Assembly (NCBI GenBank): GCA_044892525.1
Contig: CM097885.1
Location: forward strand, 29,452,001 to 29,516,000
DNA length: 64,000 bases
From: Schmidtea polychroa
Taxonomy: Eukaryota
Direction: 5' to 3'
The notes under the pieces are model-generated. The model searched no databases. It had not been told where the DNA came from and was given only the letters and a program-made list of their open reading frames with translations. Position 1 is the first letter of the stretch. Every line of letters starts with the position of its first letter. Made by a program: the position numbers and the translations under genes. Positions 53,284-64,000 of this stretch are shown one piece after another.

Positions 53284-56184
53284 TTATTAAACTTACTTTG
53301 ATTAAGACTATTTATTGAAACTATATAGTGTATATGAGAAACTTATTTATTAATAACTATATATAGACTGTCCTGGAGGGGACACAAGGTTTTATCAGGA
53401 TGTGTGTCTGTGACCTACTACATAATTTTTAAGTTTACCTACATAAAATCCTAGAAATATTTCATGAAAATCATTGAAATTAAGTTGACTTACATAAAAG
53501 CATAAAAAAAATAAAATTATTAAAATTTCGTTATAAAACCTTGAAAATCGTAAAGATAAAAATATTAAGCAGATTTTTTGAGCCTAATATTTTTTTACTT
53601 AGCAGTCGGATTCTGTCCTGGAATGAACATATCCTACTACTCAACCATAATATTAAATTTTTATTTGTATCGTTTTACGTATTACTATTCCATGTATAAA
53701 TTTTAAGTAACATTTTATGTAAATTAAATATGACTTTCAAAATAAATAATTGTTTGAATCGCGTGCAAAATTAAAATGAAAATATCTATGACTACACTCT
53801 TAGAATATTTTCTTTCAAAAGTAAAATTATCAAAAAAATAAAACAAGAATTTAAACAATTTATTATTTTTCTTAGAATAAATGAAAAACAAAATATATAA
53901 AGAATAAATTTGTAAACATCAATTAGAATTGAGACAAACACTTTCACATTTTAGTAATATAAATATACTATATTTATTTCAAGTATTTATTTGTTTGAAT
54001 CATTTGAAAATAAATGGTTGTCTATTTTAAAGAAACGTAATTGAATTCCTTATGTACCTTTTAATATATTTCTTCAGTGTCTTATCACGACAAAAGAAGT
54101 AAAAATATATCTAGTTTGTTTTCAATAAAATTACATTTGCAATAATTTCAGTTTATGGGAGTGTCAATTATATTTATTTTATTCAAAATAATATAAATAA
54201 TTATAAAGCAATTTCGTGCGAAATATATACCTCACAATATATATAAAGCCTTTTATTTATTTTTGTCCCAAGAATCATGTCTTCATTAATGACATTAGAT
54301 GAACCAATACAAGTAATTAGTGACAATGAACTGCGTAACTGTTATGAACAATATATTTGTGGTGGTCAAACTTATTTGTTAAAATAATGAAAATACTGAA
54401 TTGTTTTATATATTAATAATATTTACAGATGAGCTTTAAGTAATTCACTTCCATGTGTAGAATTTAGTTGGGTACATAATAATCTTGATAATACTTTGAT
54501 AGATTATATGAATTCAATCATTAGATTATGAATATACTTTAGAAGTAAATCTTGAAATAGATTTGAGAATTCATGAGATATATGACGATTACCTCTGTTG
54601 TGGCATAAAAAATGAAACCGATAGGATCTACAATTGAAATACTATTATGAAAATAACTTCATGAAAGTTTTTATATAATACATGGCCGGTAATAAATAGT
54701 AAACCATCTGGTACAGTCGCTTCTGATTCGCTGAATAAAAGCATGACTCATACAAATGATAACTAATTCGATGTGTCATGATTCGGCATACATTTTAGCA
54801 TAATATATTGATGGGTGCGATGCGTTATCAGTCAAACATTTAGTATTTTCTGCTAAAAAAATTCGTTAATGCTAGTAAATAGATGTGTGGACTCCAGTTC
54901 AACAAGAATCTTAGACTCTCACAAATTTTTTTGGCACCCCGCCATACAAAATATTTTCTAATTTTGTTTTAATACGTGATTACATAATATTTTAAATTTT
55001 GTTTTGTTCATCGATTACTCAATATCAAAAGATTTTTAAATTACTGATTACATCATCAATTTTCATTTTTTATAAGAATTTCAAAGACTTAACTGCTTGA
55101 AATTAAATTCTCCATTTATTGAGACTAGCTTAATCAAAATTTAGAAAGTTAATTTTCAGTACACCATTTTTGAAGTTACACATCATTTTAAACAACTTGA
55201 GATATTTTCACTTTAACCAACTTTCCCCATCTTTATATTTAATTTTTTCAAAGGCATTCTGAAAACGGGAATTTCGATTGTTAATGAATATATTTTCATT
55301 GTAATGTAGATTCTTATTGCTTTTGTCCAAAACTTTATTTACTGCTTCTTTTTTTGTTATATGAGCAATGAAACTTTAATATTGCGACTTGATCAATTTG
55401 ACTCATTTTGAGAATTTATATGGAATTTCATCTACCAAGTAATATATCTTATGGTTATGATACATTTGTATTGGTTTCAAATCTTTTTTGATTTGAACCT
55501 GTTTTGTCTTAGTTATTTTCTTAATTGAACTTGTTTCTTTAAATAAATTAGAAAATGATTTCTCCCCAACAACATTCTTCTTGAATTGCATTTTAAAAAG
55601 TAATGACTATATGTAATTTCATCTCTCTTTTAAACTTGTGTATAACCAATCAAATTAATGTATAACAACATGCGTTTGTGAATCAATGACTTTTGTGAGA
55701 CCTTTCTATGTGAGTCATATATGATTTGAAAATTATTTAATCAAGTATTAAATTTACTAGTATGATATCACAAATATTCATAAGCATATCCATTGGCGTG
55801 TAACTCACCCGCCTAATCCTCCTTTCAGGATATTCGAGATTAGTTTCCATAGTTGTTATCCAATAATAATAGCGTCACCGATCAGTTCGTCGAATGTAGT
55901 TTCGTCAAAGTCCATTTTGCAATCATAATAGCAATTAATTACAAATAATTTATACCATTTTATATGTATTAATTTAATGGAGAAACTGAAGTTAAAAAGA
56001 GCAACCAGGTAAAAGTTCGAGAACCAAAAATTATTAAATTATTAAATTATTAAATGGAGTTTTTTTAACATTTATCATGTCTCCATCAATGCTAAAGACA
56101 CTGAGTTAAGTAAAACTAAGATGGTAATCTGTCCCAAGGCTAAACAGCTGATTGAAACTTACTTTAATTTAAAAATATTTTAGT

Positions 56185-58546
56185 GGTCGATGGATATGTC
56201 CCATACAAACCCCCTCCCCACTAGAAAATATCTAGGTCGACTCAGAATTTTATGTAGGTCACGAAAATATATGGTGTGTATACACAAAAAATAAATTAAA
56301 ATTTTATATAAATTATTTGATTTTTTATTGAACAAAAAAAAGTAACAATAATAATTTAAAAAATAAAAATATGAATAAAAAATATAAATTACACGTCAAA
56401 ACAAAATAGCTTAAATGTACAAAAAGTTTTTTTTATAATTCATTGCCTTTTAATCGTTTAATCGTTTACTTTGGATAGTTTTTATTATTTCAATAGAATT
56501 TCATTTCCAACTAACTCATTCTTGATTACTTTCATTATTTATTATATTTTTCTTGTTCTTTCTTTTATTTTTCTTTCGTTTTGTTTTGTTTCTTGATATT
56601 TTTAATTGCCCATCGCTTGTTTTTCTTTTTTCTACCATTAATTGCAACACCAGCAAGGGGATTTTCAATTTGAAATATATCATAATCCAATATGGCAATA
56701 ATTTTTGAATTGAAAAGTATTAATTCAACACCATTAGAAGGTGATGAATGCTAGTTTATATTTGTGGGGTTTTTTGATAATAGGGAGGCCACAATATAAA
56801 TATCTGCTACATAAAGTAGACTTCTGAGTGAAATTAATTTCAACATTACAAATAATATTCTATGACGGACACGAATTTTAATACCGAATTTATATATTAC
56901 GATATTTGTTTACTTTAGGCAAGATTTACCTACCAATGGATTTAGCATGACTAATATTTTTCAACCTTGTATAATTTCTTATTAATTATATTTTTGAATG
57001 GAATTTATTTGGAATTCAGACCCTTCATTCAAGCTTTTGTGGACCCAAATTGTCTTATAGAATTCGCATTTGAAATTTTAATTTAATAACAAATTCCACC
57101 AATAAAATCTTTGACAAAATCCGAAAATTATCGACTCTCACTTTGTCTCATATTCTCATATTTTTTTCATCAAATTTTAATATTTTATCTTTTACAGAAA
57201 TATTGTAATAAAAACAAACTTAAAATGGCACATATATTGTTTTTCTATAAAAAAGACCACTTCTTTGAAATATTATAGACATATTATGCCATTGTCGTCT
57301 GCTTCTATTATTGGCCAATGAAAAAAAAACGTTAAAAAAATAAAATAAAAACTTTTTGTACATTTAAGCTATTTTGTTTTGACGTGTATTTTATATTTTT
57401 TATTCATATTTTTTTGTTCAATGAAAAATCACATAATTTATATAATTTTAATTTATTATTGAGTTTTTGTTACAATAATTGATAAAGTCTGGCACAATAA
57501 ATGCTTCTTGTTCGAGGAAATTTCGGAATATTGAAAAAAATTTATATTCCTTTATTTTCTGTTATCAAATATTTATTTTTGTTAGTTTTGAATTTACTGA
57601 TTTTCATTTTATTTTAATTTAATTTGTAAGAAATATATTTTTTAATCCAAGTTTAATTTTTCAACAAGGAACAAAAACTCCATAATTTTTTATTTATTAC
57701 CATTAACGATAAAATTTATTGGTCAAATAATATTTTTTGTTAACTGACAAAATTCAATCCGAAACATAAGCTTGCGTAAAATAATACTGAACCCAAAAAT
57801 AAACCAGCAAAATTCAAATCTTACTTTGTCGTGAACAGTCGTAAATATTTATTTAAGTCACACTCCGATACTTTCTGAAATTAATAGTCTGAAATTCTCT
57901 AGTTTTGCGCAATTGAAATTCAAGCGTTGTTGAATTTTTTCAATTTGAATATTTTTAATAAATGTACATCAACATGTTTTGTGGTGAAATCTTGATTAAA
58001 AATAATAGTCATAAAAATTTATGAAATTTCAGTTGAGAAATTTAATTTGGGGACTTTTTAAAATTCGTGGAAATTTATCTTGCGGATTCTTTTAGTTGGG
58101 AAGATTTTTTACTTGTAAATATCTTTTATTTTTTCTATACGGATGATTTTCTATAATAAAGTTATATTTTTAAAATTTTTCCTAGTATTTTTTACATATA
58201 TAAAATTTCGTAATTTTTGAAAAAAGTTTGAGTTGGAAAATTTTAGGAAAATTAATTTAGAAAACTTTTTGATTTATGAAATTTATTTTCAGGATTTTTA
58301 ATTTTGGTAATTTTTGAGTTTGGAGGATTCTTCCTGTAAATAACTTTGTATAATTTTTTTTAAATTTTCCAAATATTTTTCTAAAGCTTTTGCTCATTGT
58401 CTCACTATGTGTTATGAATTTAAGAATATGAATTTAAGCATTTTTAGCATATGTACACTATATATTTTGGTGACCTAAATTAAATTCTGAATCGATTTAG
58501 ATATTTTCCATGTTGAGGTTGTGTGGGTGGGACACATTCATCTACT
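56185..58546. mobile_element. Third, degenerate Polinton-type TIR element (2.36 kb)
   Basis: 56185-56283 is inverted at 58449-58546 (end CATCTACT), and 56286-56433 is inverted at 57348-57457. Flanks TTTAGT/TTTAGC match 5/6. Confidence 0.7.
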
Positions 58547-60582
58547 TTTAGCGATCACTATTATTTATTTCAAGTGACTAAGTCAGTTTTTTAAGAGATT
58601 AATAAATAAACTTCCATTGATATTGTAGCAGGTGATACAAACATTATTTGAAGAAAATATTGGAAGTTAGAAAACCTATTATCTGAAATGATAAAAACTG
58701 ATCGTTTGAAGGTCAGAGTTACACAAAAGATTAGATTCTGTTAAGGAACGACATCATGTGATATGATGAGTGGGATTTTTATAGGCCTAAATGTTATTAG
58801 CTTATTAGGTGAATCAAAAAGCCCTAAAGACTATGAAATATCTTTAAAAGATGATAAACTACTATACTACTATACTAATTATATGGTTTTATGGAAACAA
58901 AAATAGGTTGAAGTAATAAAGATGATGCAGGGGTTTAGGTGTGAAAAAGTAAAAGTTACTCATAAGAATAATGGCGTCTTTTGAAAATTGGCTTAGCTTT
59001 ATAAGGCGCCCTAAATATATTTTTTCCAGATTTTTTATTTACAAAAAGGATAAACATACGCAATTTAAAAACAAAAATTTTATTAACAAAAATAAAATAT
59101 TTATTCATTTAAAATAAATATCTAAATAAATAATAAAAATATGAAAAGAATGTAAAAGATGTTGATAATTTAGATTTTTTTCAATAAAATTATAATTATT
59201 CGTAATTTTCTAATTTATTATCTTTTTTAGTATTATTATTTTGTATTTAAATAATAGTTCTTATTGATTATTTTATTTTTATTTGTATTTTCTGTGTTTT
59301 TGTTGGTAAACCTTTTATATGTGTGTATTATTATTATTTGCAAAAATGTAATGTCATTCGGTGGATTGGTGATTCTTCCAGAAAATACTGAGACCAAAAA
59401 TACTACAAAATATCAACTCCCATTTGACCATAAAACTCCCTACAAAAAAGCCAATTTACCCATTCAACATTTCATTTTGATTTATTACTAAAAAGAGCCA
59501 TGTTCAGATATTGATACCTGCCTAACTTTTGTTGAAGGTGGAAGGAAGTCGTTCAGAAATTGACCAGTGGGGTACTGAGCTTCTTTAACTACCTACCCCA
59601 GTGGCTTGAATTATTTTAAATATATTAATTAATTATAATTTCAATTTCTTTATTTTCATTAGTTTTCAGACAAAAGATTTTATTTAATTATTTTAATTTA
59701 TTAACCGTAAAATTGAAAATAAATCTAAATAAATATAATATTTCACAGATAATAAACATTATCATGGTGATTATGTAAATATAAATAATAATTAATTAAA
59801 TATCATTTAGATAAATTTGAATGAACATTCATTAGTGATATTCAAAGTTGAATAATCTAAAAAATTTAAATAAATAAGTAATAAATATCAAACTTTATTA
59901 TTTGTTGTTTAACTGTAAAAATGTATATTATATGTTTTACTGATATTTCATTTTATCACACAATTTAAAATTTGTTAGTAGCATTAAAATATATTTTTTA
60001 TGACATTCGTTAAACTTTATTTTGTTTTATCTAACAAATCAAAAAGTCACTTTGTTGATGATGGCAAAGGAACAATAATTTACTATGATCTTATACATTT
60101 ATTTAAACACAATAGGAGCATTTATTTATAATATGTTGCCAAATTATAAGATTTTGCTAATGAATAATTAATTTGCAAAAAATATATTTCTTCGGTTTTG
60201 ATGTATTTTATCAAAGTTCAAGATTTCGTTAATTTAATATAGATAATAATGAAAGTGAAGGAAAATGAAAAAAAGAAACGAATATATTAATTAATTTTTA
60301 CAATGCTCAATATTCAAAATAATGATTTATGAATTATTATATGAACAAATAATTTTGATATAATAATTATAAAAATTAATTAAATTAAAATATTTAATTA
60401 AAATATTTAAAAATTTAATTAAAATATTAAAATATTTAAAATAAAATATGAAATGTAAAGTGATGATTTCTTGGTAGCAGCATTTATTATTTAAAACAAT
60501 AAAATGATAATTTAAGCTGCAAATAATGTATTTAATGAATAAGGCTTAAATTATCATTTTATTGTTTTAAAATATGAAATAC

Positions 60583-60725
<143 letters not shown>

Positions 60726-61639
60726 GTATTTTAATAATAATCTTTTGAATAATAAGTAATTTTCAAGTTTTAATTATTTTTAAAGTTTTGTATGTAAAAC
60801 TTGGTTTGTGAAATTATCATTGTAAAATTATTGTAGAATTATTTTTTGATTAAAAGCTTGGCCATGATATTTCATAGTTTAAATGAAATAAATTAAAATC
60901 TTTTCTAAGTTGTTTTAAGAATATTTCAATTTATGCAAGATCAAAGACAAATTTATTGGAAAGGAAAAAATAAGAATAAGTGCTGCTTGTAAATCTTGTT
61001 CATCTTTAAATTTCAATTTAAAAGTTAAATGAAAATTATATAACAAAGATGTTGAATTTGTAGAAAGGCTTTGTTGATTAACAATTAGGCTCTCGAAACC
61101 ATTAATGAGGCTGGGAAGTTTCTATTAAAATCTTTGGGATATATTTTTTTATTATTGGCTGTAGATACTTAAATGATAAAACCCAATAAATATTAAATGA
61201 ATAAAATAATCAGAGGGGAAATGTATGTGATGAATGATGTGTTATTCCAGAATTCTGAGAAACTGAAAGTGAGAAAAAGAAATTGAAAAAGAGAGAAAAA
61301 ATAATAAAATAATAAGTATGAAAAACAAAAACAAAATCGAAATTTAATTTGCATATCTCGATAGCCTCCAAATAGAAAAGAACAAGGTATCTAAACGAAA
61401 GTTAATATAATTAAGTGCCATTAGATTGCAGATTATAAAAGGAAACACAACTTGAATTAATTGACAGAATATTTAAAGGACACAATTAGTAAAAGGGAAA
61501 AGGTAACAAAATTTGTCAAGTAAAAAAGAAACAAAAGCTGTTTAAGTGTCGAAAGGAACATGTTGGCTCTGATAAACTCGCTCTGGTATTGAGCATCATA
61601 TTCTTTCGAAGCAGCAGCTAAAAGCCTTTGACTTGATTC

Positions 61640-62026
61640 CTAATATAGTAACACCTCATGTTCGGGGATAAAGTCCGATTTATAGAGATTCGTGTCCAAA
61701 TTTCCATGCGTCTGTTCCAGTTTTATTGTTCGAATATATAGAAATTCATATTTGGATAATGGATCAACTATCCGCTTAAAGTCAACTGATTTGAATTTAT
61801 TAAACTTCATTTGATCAAGATTTAGTTTCCATACGATTACATAATCACATAAATCCACACTTACAAGGAATGAGTTAGTTTCGTTGATTAATTTCGTTAT
61901 TGATTCTGAATGTTCATATAATATATCACTCTGTTTGCCATCTTCTAAACTCCATGCAATTATAATATCATCCATTCCAACAGTGATTGCAACTCTTGAT
62001 TTATTGTACCAAACTACATTTTCCAT
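61640..62026 (-). CDS. WD40-repeat-like ORF fragment (gene or pseudogene)
   Basis: AITVGMDDIIIAWSL...LYEHSESITKL...LVSVDLCDYVIVWKL pattern. Confidence 0.5.
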   Translation of the reverse strand: MENVVWYNKSRVAITVGMDDIIIAWSLEDGKQSDILYEHSESITKLINETNSFLVSVDLCDYVIVWKLNLDQMKFNKFKSVDFKRIVDPLSKYEFLYIRTIKLEQTHGNLDTNLYKSDFIPEHEVLLY

Positions 62027-63741
62027 TTCGAAATCAGAAGGCCAAACGAATTTTAAATCTTTTTATTTTCAAATTCACCGAAAAACCACAAAATTTAAAC
62101 AACAAGTCCTTTTCAAACAAACTTCCAAATTCACAAAAATAATCCAAAGATTTTATCACCAAACCAAATCCAAAAAAACAGATATCTCCAAAACTCGACC
62201 ATTAAACTCAAAACAATTGTCCACGTCTGTGTGCACACACAAATTAATACAATTTAAAAGCAAAAAACGCACACAGACGCGAAACTTCAACTCATAATTC
62301 ACCAAAAGCTGTAAAGTAAAGAAGAAAATGAAATTAAAATGAAACTCAAGGTAAATTATGAAGTTATCGAAGAAGCAATTTTAAAAAAAAGTTAAAGCTT
62401 GAAAATGCAACTAGATCGAATCATCCTATCATTGAAACCCGAAACAGTATTCAAGTATTTGTGAATTCCCAGTTGTATTGTAAATGTGCTATTCTTCCCG
62501 AAAGGTTGCTATAAGCACTCAAGCTATTGTTATAATATTGAGTTACTAGTGTCGCAGTAAATTGGTAATCAATCATGTTAAATCAATATCAAATCAATAA
62601 TTGTTAATTTCACTTTTTACCGACAACTCAAACATATTAATGGGTTCTTAGTTTGAAATCATTGAGCTTTTACAAAGTCATATAAATTAGGAAAATATTA
62701 AATGTCGGTTCATTACATATGTCATTCTACTATTTGTATTATTTCATAGTTTGTTCGATTATTAAAATCATTTTGTTGGCGCATGCTTGGCACTGACAAA
62801 TATAAAAGATTTGAAAGAGATTCTTGTTTTAATTTAATTACTAAATTCAACAAAAGATTTTATCGAAATCAAAAAGAGCCATTCAAACAATCAGTTTGAT
62901 AATGAACATCTGTATTATATTATGATGCACAACTTTGCCAAAGAACATTATGGATGTCCCACTTGATAATCACATAATATGGTTAATAATCTCAGCTTAT
63001 GGGCTTTTCATATATTAATTTGACGTTGACGTAGAATAGTGTTAATTTCTAATTCAATAATGTGTCTATTAATTTGTTTACGTAAATTTTATATTGTAAT
63101 TATTAATTAATTATTAATAAAAACAATTAATTGACAAATAATCAAAAAATATATTAAAAATATTTTATATAAATTTTAAAAATTAAATATTAATAATCAA
63201 ATTAAAATAAAACACTATTATATTACAAGTACGACCATTTAACATTTTGTTCACTTTTTATCCGATTTTATTCCTTTAGAATTTCATTTATCTTCATTTC
63301 TACTGTAGATGAATATTTATCTTTAATTGATAAAAATGATACATCAAATATTCTTTCTCATAAATTTATGTTGAAATACACAAACGTATGAATAGGTAGT
63401 ACTCAAATATAATACCGATAGAATTGACAGACATTTGGAATAAAATAAGACAGCACTAAACTCTAAAAATTTATTTAAAAACCTATTACAGATATTCTAG
63501 AAATATTTTAAATACCACATAATTGTCAATTATTATTACATTGCCTTATCATTACATTACAAGTATTTATCTATATCACCACTTTTTCGTTGATATATTT
63601 CCATTCTTTCTTAATTATAGTTTCACAATTATGATTATATTTAATTTGAGTCTATGAAATTTTTCTCACTTTTCAATAATTTCACCACTTAATAATTAAA
63701 TTTATTATTAAAATTATTTTATTTAAATTAAAATATTTTAG

Positions 63742-63955
63742 TTAGTAATGTGGGAGAAAAATGGAGAGCCAATATTTATTAATAAAGTAGCGTTCCACAA
63801 AAATTATCGCTATATTCTCAGACAAGTTGATAATGGTCATTCAAGAGTTTCTTCAACTTTCATCATTAATAACCTTCAGAAATCAGATAAAGGATCATAC
63901 AGTTGTAAAATATCTGCATCCGATGAAGAACTAAACTTTCAATTGTGTGTTTTTG
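63742..63955 (+). CDS. Exon of a host Ig-domain protein (second half of an I-set domain)
   Basis: tttag acceptor, LVMWEKNG...FIINNLQKSDKGSYSCKI (W and DxGxYxC), phase-1 GTAAG donor. Confidence 0.85.
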
Positions 63956-64000
63956 GTAAGAATTAAGTTTGAAATTGTTTTATTGAATTTTTGATTATAA

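Larger units (their letters stand above)
42613..53641. mobile_element. Older non-autonomous Polinton-type TIR element, interrupted by the 42710-50317 insertion
   Basis: The right end is ...CATATCCTACTACT at 53641. Bases 53398-53641 are a diverged reverse complement of 42613-42700 joined to 50322-50413. No clean TSD. Confidence 0.7.

Noticed and set aside
54590..55600. Possible decayed DNA transposon or ORF
   Set aside because: No convincing TIR pair, TSD or protein motif.
59564..59605. Small GC-rich hairpin CCAGTGGGGTA/TACCCCAGTGG
   Set aside because: It is isolated, with no supporting context such as a Helitron CTRR end.

Overview
This window is very AT-rich eukaryotic DNA with many (AAT)n and (AT)n microsatellites and short GT..AG introns. 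It resembles planarian/flatworm DNA, which is an inference only. Bases 1-~8498 are one end of an intact-looking Polinton/Maverick (adintovirus-like) element. Its genes are a fibre-like ORF, minor capsid, adenain protease, a conserved unknown ORF, a core-like ORF, packaging ATPase, a zinc-finger/PLA2/integrase fusion and the major capsid. Beyond the capsid gene lie four tRNA-like Pol III units with variable cores and a terminal hairpin. The rest is a transposon graveyard (hAT, Ty3/Gypsy, mariner, Penelope, MULE, MITEs). Two exons of an Ig-domain host gene lie ~28.6 kb apart. That putative intron holds three capsid-less elements with Polinton-type AGTAG..CTACT ends. One is a 7.6-kb foldback with a perfect 6-bp TSD, inserted into the terminal repeat of a related older element.
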